Below, in pieces: positions 50,474 through 63,040 of a stretch of 64,000 nt of DNA. Source of the stretch: Chiloscyllium plagiosum (taxonomy: Eukaryota); contig NC_057730.1 of NCBI RefSeq assembly GCF_004010195.1, forward strand, positions 8,572,574 through 8,636,573, given 5' to 3'. The notes beneath the pieces are model-generated. The model did not search any database and had not been told where the DNA came from. It saw only the letters and a program-made list of their open reading frames with translations. The position numbers were made by a program, and so were the translations under genes. Numbering within the stretch: position 1 is the stretch's first letter; the number at the start of each line of letters is the position of its first letter.

Positions 50474-51190
50474 AGTTACAACATGAGGTAAACCCCTCTT
50501 CGAATTTAAACTGTACACACAGAAGTTCACCTCGCATCGTAATGTGTTAAATTTCGAGAGGTAAAGAACTATCCCATAGGTCACTATTTAAAGTAAAAAT
50601 TAACAATTTTATTCTTTAAGTCCCAAAAGAGAAAATTAGACAACTATTTATAACTCCTTTCTCTTAAACCTATCTTTTACCTCTCGCTTTACAATACTGG
50701 TCCAATAAATTCCCTCTTAAATTTACAGCTAATCACTTTCAAACCCCAGTTGTTGTCTTCGGATGTCAAACTTTCTCTGTAGATTTCTTTTGGTAGTCTT
50801 CAGGGGTCTGCTGCACAAATCTCTTATGGACAGGTACCTTTCAGAGAGCTATTCAGCTGGCAGTCTGTACTTGATGGTGCTCTTGGCAGTTCTCCCCCTA
50901 AATGTTCACACTGTCTGGTTTTATACTCCAAAACATTGCATCATTTCATTGGTTTGATGTCATCCCAAACAGTAAAATTCAAATTCAATTGGGTTTTGGT
51001 ATCTGGGGTACAATTTAAATTGGTTGGCCGAATTTGAATTTGTTCTTGTTCCATGGCAATGCAACTCCAGCCAAATGTTACATTTTTAAATTGTTCAGCA
51101 CACACTGTGCTTTCAGTCAATCCTTGCTAGCTCTCTCTCTCTCTCTCTCTCTCCCTCCAAGATACAGTACACCTCTACACCTTCATAACA
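50474..51190 (-). mobile_element. Probable solo LTR
   Basis: Starts agttacaac (degenerate TGTTA) and ends cataaca, with flanking 4-bp direct repeat gttg (50470-50473, 51191-51194). TATA- and AATAAA-like signals lie on the - strand; (CT)n at 51131-51153. Confidence 0.5.
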
Positions 51191-51724
51191 GTTGCAAACA
51201 GATTTGAACAACATGAGATGTCTGTGAAGAATGATGGAGTCAGTGGCAAGAATATAGAGCTTGTTTAACTGAGATAAATTATGGTTCATCCAATGCTCAA
51301 ATGTTTTGTGTTCCTACAGTTTGCTCCTTTATCTCAGGCCAAGGTATGGCTCCAGAAGTTTTGTTTTGCACCAGTTTGTCTGTGGACAAATACAGAAGGT
51401 GTTCCATTCACATTTACTGTATTAAAACTCAAGCCAAATTTCACCTTCATCCAATCCACATACATGACAGATAAATGGTGTAAATCAGTCTTGATCTAAT
51501 TGAAAAGGCAGTACAGAACTGAGGGACTGAATGGCCCCTCATAAGTAATCAGATTTGGAATTTTGACCTTCTCCGGCCTAAGAGGCCAGTAGTAGCATTT
51601 GTATTACTATTCAAGACCAGGTTTGGCACTCACTGGGGGACCTGCATTGTGGTTCCATTTTGTACAGTTCATTCACAGGAGTTAATTTATTTCTTGATTG
51701 AGCTGAAGGACAACTATTCAAGCT

Positions 51725-51847
51725 TCATCCTTTCCTGATGAAGGGCTTTTGCCCGAAACATCGATTTTCCTGCTCCTCTGATGTTGCCTGACTTGCTGTG
51801 CCTTTCCAGCACCACACTCTTGACTCTAACCTCCAGCATTTGCAGAC
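51725..51847 (+). mobile_element. PLE terminus (family A) with an intact hammerhead-like core
   Basis: ctgatga-a-gggc-tttt-gccc-gaaac-atc at 51735-51762. Confidence 0.8.
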
Positions 51848-52016
51848 CTGTTCGAGGTTCTGTCCAACTGCTCCTGGATAGGCAAGCTTTGCTTTGTGCA
51901 TCCACTAAGATTATCACTGATAGATGTACAGATTCACTTGCAGGTCTGCAGAGCTGATTCCTGATTTAATCATTTATTTACTTCAGTTTAGGGAAGGTTG
52001 AACATCCCCCTTGATC

Positions 52017-52151
52017 ATGTCCAAACCCACAAGCAAAGATCCGTCCTTCCGTGAGCGATTCAAAAGCCTTCTGGGAATTGGCCCTCGTATTAACACCAAG
52101 CAAACGGAATGTAAGCCAGCAGAATTCATCATAACGAGTGAAATACTAAAG
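52017..52151 (+). CDS. TSC2: TSC2 (tuberin) first coding exon
   Basis: atcATGTCC...AAG|gtactg. MSKPTSKDPSFRERFKSLLGIGPRINTKQTECKPAEFIITSEILK matches the tuberin N-terminus. Acceptor near 51986-51991. Confidence 0.95.
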
Positions 52152-52263
52152 GTACTGTGCTCAATATGAAATGAGAAATGTATTCTCTTTATGTTTGCAG
52201 AAATGTTTTGTCTATTTTGTGTGGAACACTGTCATTGAGAGTATATTTTTTCTATTGCTTCAG

Positions 52264-52350
52264 GATCTGAACATAGAGTGTGGACTTTACAATAGAATAA
52301 AAACCATTGGCCATGTTTGTGACCTAGCCAGGACCAGGAAGTTTGAAGAG
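52264..52350 (+). CDS. TSC2: TSC2 coding exon 2
   Basis: ttgcttcag|GAT...GAG|gtaata, 87 bp. DLNIECGLYNRIKTIGHVCDLARTRKFEE. Confidence 0.95.
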
Positions 52351-52820
52351 GTAATAAGCATGTTTAGCACTCTTTTAGTGATGTGCTCCTCCAGTTGTAG
52401 GAACCATGGTTTTTACAGGTTAAGACAATGATGGTACAATTTAGACAATCAGTTATTGCTGAAATAGTTTTATCACCTCCAATATTTTAGTTTTATCTCG
52501 ATAGTTGTGTTCCAGACTGTGCTACTTTTAAAAAGAGGTAGAAACATACAATGGTAATGCTCAGAGGAGTTGATGCATGCCTCAAAAAGAAAAACATTAC
52601 TGGGTTACAAGAAAGAGCAAGAGGAGTGGACTGATTAATTAACTCATTCAGCTTAGGTGCAATGGGCTGAATGTCCTTCTATGCTTCATTTACAGCACCA
52701 AGCTCTTTCGGAGTTCATTTAACTTAGATTTCTGCAAGTCATTTCCTCCCATTTTTGGAATGTGTGTTTCTATCTGTTTAATGTAAATTTTCCCCTTTTG
52801 TTTCTTTTGTGTATTTAAAG

Positions 52821-52928
52821 CATGCAGTGGAAGCTGTGTGGCAGGCTGTGGATGACTTGATTTCTGATGAACACTCAGAGGCTAGGCATGCAGTATTGCA
52901 ACTGATGAAGGCTATTATTCAGGGACAG
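52821..52928 (+). CDS. TSC2: TSC2 coding exon 3
   Basis: tttaaag|CAT...CAG|gtgagc, 108 bp. [36 protein letters not shown]. Confidence 0.95.
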
Positions 52929-53084
52929 GTGAGCAAAACAGTAGTTTTTTCCTGGTTCGAACTGTACTTCCATGATCCTTTCATTTCTTCTGTTATCGCA
53001 GTAACAGTCTTATGAATTGAGTTTATTCCCTTTAAAAATATTACTGATTTAATTCCTCAGTATTCCCTATTCGATAACGACGTT

Positions 53085-53310
53085 AGGACTGATGTTAGGG
53101 GTAGGTTCTTCACTCAGCGAGTCGTTAGTTCATGGAATGCCCTGCCAGTAACAGTGGTGGACTCTCCCTCTTTATGGGCATTTAAGAGGGCATTGGATAG
53201 GTATATGGAGGATAGTGGGTTAGTGTAGTTTAGGTGGGCTTGGATCGGTGCAACATCGAGGGCCCAAGGGCCTGTACTGCGCTGTATTCTTCTATGTTCT
53301 ATGTTCTATG
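53085..53310 (+). mobile_element. CR1 LINE 3' end with (ttctatg)3 tail
   Basis: FFTQRVVSSWNALP; tail ttctatgttctatgttctatg. Confidence 0.85.
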
Positions 53311-53778
53311 ACGTCAATCTCTCTCAGCACATCTGCTGAAATTCTCATCCATGCCTTTCTGGCCTCTATATTTGACTATTCTAATGCTTTCCTGACTGGC
53401 CTATTGTCCACATTGCATAAGCTTGAGTTATTGCAACTCTGCTCTATCCTATTTTTTTCCTAGCCCCATTCATTATTGTTTCCTAGCCTAGCAAGGCCTC
53501 CATTTTAAAATTCTCATCATCATCATCACCAATTCACTCTGTGGCTTCACACATCCCTTTTTCTGCCAAATTGTAATAAAGTAACCTTTAGGAATGAATG
53601 TCCACAATATCATAGAATTTTACGACATGTTTAAAAGTTACGCATGTCATCAGATATGGCGGGCGCAAAGTTCTCAAATTCTCTATACTTGTAAGCTGCC
53701 AACCAGCCTGATTTGGAAATCTACTGCCAATTCTTCACCATTGCTTTGAACTGCATTAACAATTGTGTATGTACCTGT

Positions 53779-54764
53779 AGTTATGACTAGACCCCAGGTG
53801 AGCCCAAATTATTATGGTTCCAAACAGGCACCCCAAATTGTTCAGCTCCTGAATGAAGACAGGTGAACTGGTTCTCCTCCTTTATTAACCCTCACTATGG
53901 CTGGTCGCAATGAGAAAAGTCCCCTCCTTTGTGGATATCTTTCTTCCAGATTACATGAATTAATGTTCTAAAATGAGCCAACTTAACCAGGTTTTCTTGA
54001 GTTAGAAAGTTGTGAACTTATTCGCTCTCAAATGCAAAAATTATTAACAGCACAATGCAAATATGCACAGATTAGGAATAAGCCACGAGTCCAAAAAGAT
54101 AAAGGTTCAAAGATATGCAGATCGGTCTTTGAGAAGAAAAATAATGGAACTTTGATAGGTGAACAGTTCATTTTGGGTTGTTTTACTTTTGCTGATTTGC
54201 TAACAGTACTAAGAACACTCAGAGTTCTTCTTGACCTGTTCCTTTTTGACTGGCTTGCTGGCTAGTAATGGTCCAGCACTCAGATGAGAATGCTTATATC
54301 TGCAAAATGAGGGGTGGCTATTGGTGATTCTTTGACTGTGAATTTCACAGAATTTCAGCACCCGAACCCAGACTAGGGTACGTGAATACTTCTGTTCACA
54401 GGCACATCTGATAGCTCTCCTTCAGCTAACACACAGAGACCAGAGTTGCTCTCTGTCTTTAACTCTTTTTACATATTCCTGGAAAGGTGAAACAGAAAAA
54501 AATGTCTTAAACAAGTGGCTGTCTGCTGAAAGCCTGGGGTGATGGGGAGCGATATTCAGCCCCCTTTGTTATGTGTTTCCCTAACACTCTCTTCAGGTGT
54601 GATATTCACATGTCCCCTGCAGGACTTTGCCAGCCAGCCTAAAATTTTCATTTGTACTTTTTGTATTGTTGTTATTTGCAGCAGCCCTCTTTAAAAATAG
54701 CTTTTGGAATTAAATGCTGAAAAGTGTCCATACCAATTTGGGATTCTGGTCTGTTGCCATGACA
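53779..54764. mobile_element. Possible solo LTR-like insertion
   Basis: Termini (a)gttatgac and ccatgaca resemble those of 50474-51190. No clean TSD. Confidence 0.3.
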
Positions 54765-54967
54765 CTACACCATGCAGTTTGTTCCTTCAATGAGACTAAC
54801 CTTTTGCAGGAGCAAGTCACTGGTTGGAAATAGTTATAAAAATGTTATGAAAGTCTCTTTGTCTTGAGAAGGCAAATGGATTGAGTATACCAATAGCCTG
54901 GAGTGATTAAGGCAAGTTTGGATATTTTACTATTTTAATTGCACTTACGTAAAGGTACGTTGTTATA

Positions 54968-55300
54968 CAGGTAGACAACACTTTATCTGGAATCTGAAAA
55001 GCTCCAAAGTCCAAAGGTTTTTTTTTTGTGAAGTTTTTTTTCTCATTAACAATGTTGTTTGGTGTGCAGTTAACCCAAGTCCACACCTATTTGATGCCCT
55101 GTCACTCAGATGCGACGTGTGGGCATGGCCCAGCACTGGCAGGCTTCAAATCTGTTTCGGGGCCTGTTTTACTCACCGTAAGTCTGTTGTTTGGGAAGAT
55201 TTTTTAAAATTACGCCATCAAACTGTCACTTATCCTGAAATTCGAAAAATTCTGAAAACCAGCTGGTTTAGAACATTTCGGATAAAGGATTGTGCACCTG
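54968..55300. mobile_element. Tc1/mariner-pogo (Tigger-like) MITE
   Basis: TIRs caggtagacaacactttatctggaat and atttcggataaaggattgtgcacctg, with TA on both sides. Confidence 0.8.
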
Positions 55301-55361
55301 TACTATGAAATCCCTCCTCCAGTTTATTTAACAAACTGACTGAGTACATTCATTTAATTAG

Positions 55362-55506
55362 GGAGAAAGACTCGGGCCAATCCGTGCACACTTCTTCCTC
55401 ATCATCAAGGATTACCCAGTGAATGGTGACCTGCTTGAGAGACTTGACGTCTTCAAAGCGCTAACAGAAAATGGAAAAGACATCACCTACTTGGAGGAAG
55501 ATCTGT
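55362..55506 (+). CDS. TSC2: TSC2 coding exon 4
   Basis: ttaattag|GGA...CTGT|gtatgt, 145 bp. [48 protein letters not shown]. Confidence 0.95.
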
Positions 55507-55591
55507 GTATGTGTGTGACGTATTTAGAAAGGTCTTTGAATGGCTAGGCTGATGCTGAAGTTTTTGTTGAAACTCAAACTTAAGTTTTGTT

Positions 55592-55775
55592 CAAAGTTAA
55601 AAATCACACAACACCAGGTTATAGTCCAGTGGGTTTAATTGGAAGCACTAGCTTTCAGAGCACCGCTCCTTCATCAGGAAGCTAGTGCTTCCAATTAAAC
55701 CTGTTGGACTATAACCTGATGTTGTGATTTTTAACTTTGTACATCCCAGTCCAACACCGGCATCTCCAAATCATG
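55592..55775. mobile_element. Palindromic PLE-derived mini-element (family B)
   Basis: Arms at about 55592-55654 and 55679-55739 around a core on the - strand. Confidence 0.8.
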
Positions 55776-56989
55776 ACTAGCATCGACACCGTTAAAATTT
55801 GTAGATCTGGTTTTGAAATCATAGTGCTAATAATAAAATTTTGCTAATTGCAGTAATGGCATTAAAATAATTAGGAAAAGGAATGCATGCACACACTTCT
55901 TTCCCTCAAAATTCAACACCATTTGTATTAATACCTGTCTGGTGCCATGCATTAAAGCAAATCATCCTTTAGAAATGTCTTCAGAATAGATATTGAACAT
56001 TTAACTTTTTTCCAAGTGTTTTCTATGCCATTTGACATATTGCTTTAACATAAATGCCGAGAAATGATCTTGCAGACAGCTAAACGGTGAATTTATAGTT
56101 CTTATAAGGGTAACAAACAATTACAATTTTCTTAAGGCTGCATGTAGTGACACCATTATTCTCAGCCAGACTGGGTGATAATTTGCTAATTTCCTCCAAA
56201 CAGTTACATTGGAGACGTCCCTGCTGTAAACAACTAAAACTGATTTTGTGCAGCTAATTTACCAGATGTAGCTATCCTTCACTCATTTAATTTTGCTGGA
56301 AAGAGTATCCTGCTATTATTAGGAGACTTCTCTTGTCCTCTTTACTGTAGTTTGCTGAGGCTTTTTAAATAGACCCTGGTGTAAAATAGATTGTTTACTA
56401 TGTGCCTGACCCAAGTCCCATCCCAACAATAAAAATGATGGTGCCAGAATTCACTTTGTACCATGGAGTGCATAGACATGAATTCTTATTTTTCACACAA
56501 TGTACTGTTTTCTTTTGAAAATATTCCTGCATTCTTCTATCTGTCTCCATTTGGATATTTCTGCACCATGGAGCCTGTCCAGCTAATAGGGTATTTGACC
56601 ACCTGCCAGACCTTCTCTTAAGGCCTGACACTGACTATTTGGAGAGCAATCAAAAGTAAAGTGAGATGACTCCTTCCCTTCATTTTTTTTGTGAATGTAT
56701 TTTAACAAAGGTTAAGTTCATAAGAATACACATAGAAGGAGAGCAGCGTGTGAACCTGCATCTCCCAACTGTGTGATATTTTTTGATCCCTGAAATGCTT
56801 TGCTGCATTTTGAGCTTTCAACTTTAACTGGTTGAATTATTGGCTGTTCAAGACTTGAATACCAATAAATGGATGTATTTTTATTATTTGACAATTAAGT
56901 CAGTGCTGTTTAAGAATGAGACTGTTGCTTTGTAGGCAATATATGATCTTGCCTGTGTGTCTGTGTGTTTTTCTTTTTTTGTGTTAAAG

Positions 56990-57107
56990 CCTCTTTTGTC
57001 CTCAAGTGGTTGGATATTGGTCTCACTGCGGAGTTTCTGGAGGTGCTAGTCAATCTTGTCAAATTCAACAGCTGCTACCTGGATCTGATTGTGGCTCAGA
57101 TAGTCCA
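56990..57107 (+). CDS. TSC2: TSC2 coding exon 5
   Basis: gttaaag|CC...GTCCA|gtgagt, 118 bp. (S)[38 protein letters not shown](H). Confidence 0.95.
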
Positions 57108-57407
57108 GTGAGTATGTATGGGTGTTTAATTAAATTTGCTGTTAAAAAGTATGGGTGATGGTTGGAATTATCTAAATTGCTTATCAATGCATAAGTACTC
57201 TTAACCATGTGAAGCTAAAGCCTGTGATAGCCTCTGATAGCCCGATGTAGGCGCTTGACATGTACAAGCCCTGAGTTGATTTTTGCAGATCTAATAAATG
57301 GCGCTTATCATAAACTAAAAGTAACATTTGACTTTGGTTCTCCCTGTGTGTTCCCTGTACCTCCATCCCTTGTCCAGTTTTTCTTTTATGAAGAACTTAT
57401 TACAGCA

Positions 57408-58413
57408 TGTAAGTTAGCTCGCAGAGCTGGAGGTTTTTTCAGACGTTTCGCCCCATGATTAGGTAACATTATCAGTGAGAGTCTCCAGAGAAGCTCTGCA
57501 GGTATGTCCCACCTCTCTCTTTATAGGTCTTATGTTTCTTAAGATGGGTGATGTCATTTCTGGTTTTGTTTTCAAGGGAAGGTAGATGGGACCTAAGTCG
57601 ATGTGTTTATTGATGGAGTTCTGGTTAGAATGCCATGCCTCTAAGAATTCTCATGCGTGTCTTTGTTTTGCCTGTCCTAGAATGTGTTTATTGTCCCAGT
57701 CAAAATGGTGTCCTTCTTTGTCTGTATGTATGGAAACTAGTGATAGTGGATCGTGTCTTTTGGTGTCCAGTTGGCGTTCATGTATCGTGGTAGCAGGTTT
57801 CCTGCTTGTTTGTCCGATGTAGTGTTTTATTTTTACAGTTTTTGCATAGTGTTTTGTAAGTGGTGTTAGTTTTGCTGGTAGTATCTAATGGATCCTTTAG
57901 GTTCATTAGTCACTGTTTTAATGTGTTGGTAGGTTTGTGGGCTACCATGATGCCAAGTAGTCTGGAAGTCTTTTCTGATATGTCTTTGATGTAAGGTAAT
58001 GTGGCTATAGTTTTTGGTTGCGTTGTGTCTGCTGTTTAGGTTTGTTTCTGAGGAATCAGCAGATTGTGCTTATTGGGTAACAGTTTTTCTTAAAAACATT
58101 GTATAGGTATTTTTCTTCTGTTTGCAGTTCTTGGGTGCTGTAGTGTGATGTAGCTCGTTGGATAATGTCTTGATGCAACTGTTTGTGGGTGTTGGGATGA
58201 TTGCTTCTGAAGTTAAGTATTTGGTCCGTGTGTGTTGTTTATCTGTAGACGCTGGTTTGAAGCTCTCCGTTAACTGTACGTTCAACTGTCTCGTCTAGGA
58301 ATGAGAGTCTGTTGATGTTCTCCTTTTTTGTGAATTTTATGCATGTCAGGATATAGTTGACGGTGCTGTATGTTTCCTCTAATTTGAGATGACAAAGGTG
58401 TCATCCATGTAGA
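57408..58413 (-). mobile_element. Penelope-like element, inverted 3' copy (family C)
   Basis: Reverse complement of about 59165-60190 (YMDDTF...LPYIKDIS...GIY-YIG...3' UTR). Confidence 0.9.
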
Positions 58414-58414
58414 C

Positions 58415-60235
58415 TTAAAAAAAGATAAAAACATTGTAATAATTCCTGCAGATAAGGGTTACATGACAGTCTGGTTTGTTTAAAATAACAATCTTAAAAA
58501 GGCAAATGCTCTGCTTGCAGACACTGACATTTACCAGCAGGTGGCGATAGACCTGACCTCACAACGACTAAACAGAATCTCATCCTTTCTAACAAGACTT
58601 TAAAAAATCAGGAGAATTAAACAGGGCAGACTTTAAAAATATGAAACCAGATGGATCCAACGCCACGCTTCTACGGATTACCAAATATACATAAATTTGG
58701 GGCCCCCTCAGACCCATAGTCTCTCTACCTGGCACACCAACATACAGACTAGCCAAGGAACTCCACCAAAAACTAAAACATCTAATTGAAGATTCATGTC
58801 ACTCTATTCACTCCGCCCAAAAATTCCTGTACACCATCAAAGACACCAAGGTAGAAGGGGACGAAATAATGGTCTCCTTTGACACTACAGCCCTTATCAC
58901 ATCAATTAACATCGACCTGGCCAAAGAAACACTGACATCACTACTAGGAAAACCAAGACCACAAACACCAGACAGCACCAACTTCATCAGCAAAGACACC
59001 ATTCTCAAGCTAGTGCCTCACCACCCACTTCACATTCAATAAAATAAACTTACAAACAAGTCAACGGCACATCCGTGGGATCACCAATATCAGGGCTCGT
59101 AGCAGATGCAGTAATGCAGAGACTTGAACAAGTTGCCGTCCCATCTATCCAACCCAAATATGGGTCCGCTACAGGAATGACACCTTTGTCATCACAAAAT
59201 GGAGCAAATTAGAGAAAACATACAGTATCATCCTGACGCTCATAAAATTCACAAAAAGAGGAGAACATCAACAGACTCTCATTCCTAGATGAGACAATTG
59301 AACATACATTTAACAGAGAGCTTCAAACGAGCGTCTACAGAAAAACAACACACACCGGCCAAATACAAAACTTCAGAAGCAATCATTCCAACACCCACAA
59401 ACGGAGTTGCATCAAGACATTATTCCAACGAGTTACATCACACCACAGCACCCAAGAACTGCAAACAGCAGAAGAAAAATATCTATACAACGTTTTCAAG
59501 AAAAACAGTTACCCAATAAACACAATCCGTCGATTCCTCAGAAACAAACCCAAATAGCAGACACAACGCAACCAAGAACTATAGCCACATTACCTTACAT
59601 TAAAGACATATCAGAAATGACTTCCAGATGACTCAGACCCCTTGGCATCATGGTAGCCCATAAACCTTATCAACACACTTAAACAGCAACTAATGAACCA
59701 TTAGATACTACCAGCAAAACTAACGCCATTTACAAAATACCATGCAAGAACTGTAAAACAAAAAACACTACATCGGACAAACAAGCAGGAAACTTGCTAC
59801 CAGGATATATGAACACCAACTGGCCACCAAAGACACGGCCCACTATCACTAGTTTCCATACATACAGACAAAGAAGGACACCACTTTGACTGGGACAATA
59901 CACACATTCTCGGACAGGCAAAACAAAGACACGCATGAGAATTCTTAGAGGCATGGCATTCTAACCAGAACTCCATCAATAATCACATCGACTTAGGTCC
60001 CATCTACCTTCCCTTTTGGGAAAAAAAAAGAACCGGAAACGATATCACTCACCTTAAGGAACCAAGACCTATAAATAGAGAGGTGGGACATACCCGAGCA
60101 CTTCACCAGAGACACTCGCTAATGATGTTACCTAGTCATGGTGACGAAATGTTGAAAACAAACCTTCCAGCTCAGCAAGCTAATTTATACCCATATCATC
60201 AACCTGAACTACAAATCTTCTCAAAAATCACTAAC
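58415..60235 (+). mobile_element. Penelope-like element RT plus GIY-YIG, 5'-truncated and frameshifted
   Basis: IVIIPADKG, FYGLP..HK..APLRPIVS, MVSFDTTAL.TSI, GTSVGSPISG, YKIPCKNC...YIGQTSR..ATRIYEH. Confidence 0.92.
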
Positions 60236-60289
60236 TTTATTGTAGCCCCAATAATGTAGCTTGCTGCTACTGTCTAAAAACCAATACTT

Positions 60290-63040
60290 ACAGAACATAG
60301 AACAGTGCAGCACAATGCAGGCCCTTCGGCCCTCGATGCTGTGCCTGCCTTCTATCCTACTCTAACATCAGACTAACCTACATACCCTTCATTTTACTAT
60401 CCTCCATGTGCCTACCCCAGAGTCGCTTAAATGTCCCTAATGTATCTGACTCTACTACCACTGCTGGCAGTGCATTCCACGCACCCACCACTCTAAGTAA
60501 AGAACCTAACTCCAATTACTTTAAAAATATGCCCCCTCATGATAGACCTTTCCATGGGAAGAAGTCTCTGGATATCCACACTCTGCCTCTCAACAACCTA
60601 TAGACCTCTGCCAAATCACCTCTCATCCTTCTTCACTCCAATTAGAAAAGCCCTAGCTCTGTCAACCTTTCTTCAAAAGACATGCCCTCCAGTCCAGACA
60701 GCATCCTGATAAGTTTCCTCTCCACCCTCTCTAAAGCTGCCATATCTTTCCTATAATGAGGCAACCAGAACTGATCTCAATATTTCAAGAGTGCTCTAAC
60801 CAGGGCTTTATAGAGCTTGCAGCATAACCTTGTGGTCTTAAACTCAACTCCCCTGCTAATACACTATGTGCCGCCTTAACAAATCTATCAACCTGGATGG
60901 CAATTTTGAGAGATCTGTGCACATGGATTCCAAGATCCCTCTGTTCCTCCACGCTGCCAAGAATCCTGCCTTTAACCCTGGATTCTGCATTCAAATTTGA
61001 CCTACCAAAGTGAATGACTTCACATTTTTCCAGGTTGAACTCCATCTGCCACTTATCAGCCCAGTTCTGCATCCTGTCAATGTCTCGTTGCAACCTACTA
61101 CACCCTTCCACATTGTCCACAGCTCCACCAGCCTTCGTGTCATTGGCAAACTGACTAATCCAACCTTCAACTTCCTCATCCAGATTTCTAAAAGTCACAG
61201 AGCAGAGGTCCCAGAACTGATCCATACGGAACAAACTGGTCACCAAACGCCAGGCTGAATACTTTCCATCTACCACCACACTCTATCTTCCATGGGCCAA
61301 CCAATTCTGTATTCAGACAGATAGGTTTCCCAGTATCCCATTCCTCCTTTTTTTTCCTGAATGAGCCTACCATGGGGAACCGTATCAAACCGATAAGGGC
61401 TTATGCCCCAAACATCGATTTTCCTGCTTCTCAGATGCTGCCTGACCTGCTTTGCTTTTCCAGCACCACACTCTTGAACCTGGTCAAATGCCTTGCCAAA
61501 ATCCATGTACACCACATCCACTGCTTTACCTTCATTAACGTATTTTGTCACATCCTTAAAGAATTCAGTAAGGTTTCTGAGGTATGACCTGCCCCTCTGA
61601 AAGCCATGCTGACTATCTCTAATCAAATGATTTTCCAAGTAATCATAAATCCTGTCTCTCGGAATCCTCTCCAGTACTTTGCCCACCACTGAGGTAAGAC
61701 TGACTGGTCTGTAATTCCCAGGATAATTCCTATTCCCTTTCTTAAAGAAAGGAATAGCATTTGCCACCCTCCAATCATCTGGCACTACTCCTGTGGACAG
61801 TCAGAATGCAAAGATCATCACCAAAGGTGCAGCAATCTCTTTTTCCTTGCTTACTGTGGTATCCTTGGGTATATCCTGGCTGGTCCAGGTGATTTATCTA
61901 TCCTTGTGTTTTTCAAAATTTTCAGCACATCCTCCTTCCTAACATGAATCTGTTCCAGCATATTAGTCTGTTTCATGCTGTCCTCAGAAACCTCAAACTC
62001 CCTCTCGGTAGTGAATACTGAAGCAAAGTATTCATTAAGGACTTGCCCTACTTCCTCCGACTCCAGGTTCAAGTTCCCACTACTATCCCTGATCGGCTCT
62101 ACACTTGCTCTGGCCATCCTCTTGTTCATCTCATTACTGTAGAACACCTTAGGGTTTTCCTTAATCCTACTTGCTAAAGCTTTTTGATGCCCCCTTCTAG
62201 CTCTCCTAACTCCATTCTTCAGTTCCTTCCTGGCTGCCTTGCAACCCTCTAAAGCCCTAACTTATCCTCCCCTCCTCAATGTTAAGTAAGCTTCCTTCTT
62301 AGTGTTGACTAGATGTTCCACATCCCTTGTCACCCAAGGTTCTTTAACCCACCATCCCTTCCTTCCCTCAGTGGGACAAACCTGTCCAGCACTATCAGCA
62401 GGTGGTTCTTAAACAACCTCCCAATAAAGTGACTGCTCTTTTCCTGTTTATGACCTACAACCATACTGGATCTGTAGACAAACCCATACTGACTCTGTAG
62501 ACAAACCCTCCTTGACTATCTCCCTTACTGCAGCTGTCATACTATCCCTGATTAGCAATGCCACTCCTCCACCTCTTTTTAACTCCCTCCCCGACTATTC
62601 CTTTTGATACAGCTAAATGCTGGAATACCTAACAACCAATCCTGACCCTGTGATATCCAAGTCTCCATAATGGCCACCATATCATATTTCCAAGTACTAA
62701 TCCATGGTCTGAGTTTGTCATCCTTATTCCTGATATCTCTTGCATTAAAATAGACACATTTCATCCCATCACACTGACTGCACCTTTTCCCTGTCAAGTG
62801 CCTATCCCTCCTCACAAGTCTCTGCACGCTGTGTCTGGCCATTCACTACCTACTCCATCATCTGATCCGTAGCTCAGGTTCCCACCCCCCTGCCAATCTA
62901 GTTTAAACCTTCCTGAAGAGCTCTAGCAAACCTTTCGCCCAGGATATTGGTGCCCCTCCAGGTCAGGTGCAACCGGTCCTTTTTGTACAGTGTCACGCTC
63001 CCCAGAAGGTATCCCAATGATCCACATATCTGAAAGCCAC
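60290..63040 (-). mobile_element. Long internally deleted CR1 LINE (end of ORF1, endonuclease, RT, 3' tail)
   Basis: KCVYFNARDIRNK...VAIMETW, DKSPGP..IYPR, PDDWRVAN.IPFFKKG...NYRPVSLTSVVGK, QFANDTK. Confidence 0.92.
61391..61476 (+). mobile_element. Family A PLE terminus inserted within the CR1 RT
   Basis: gataagggcttatgccccaaacatcgattttcctgc...; flanked by the imperfect duplication gaaccgtatcaaa / gaacctggtcaaa. Confidence 0.7.

Noticed and set aside
27948-55775. Recurrent palindromic repeats as a CRISPR array or DNA-transposon MITEs
   Set aside because: They are dispersed with no repeat-spacer periodicity. Arms are asymmetric, TSDs vary from 10 to 16 bp, and family A is linked to a GIY-YIG remnant, all of which fit Penelope-like retroelements.
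62461-62510. Tandem duplication of about 24 bp (ccatactg..tctgtagacaaac)
   Set aside because: Local slippage inside a dead CR1 copy; no sign of function.
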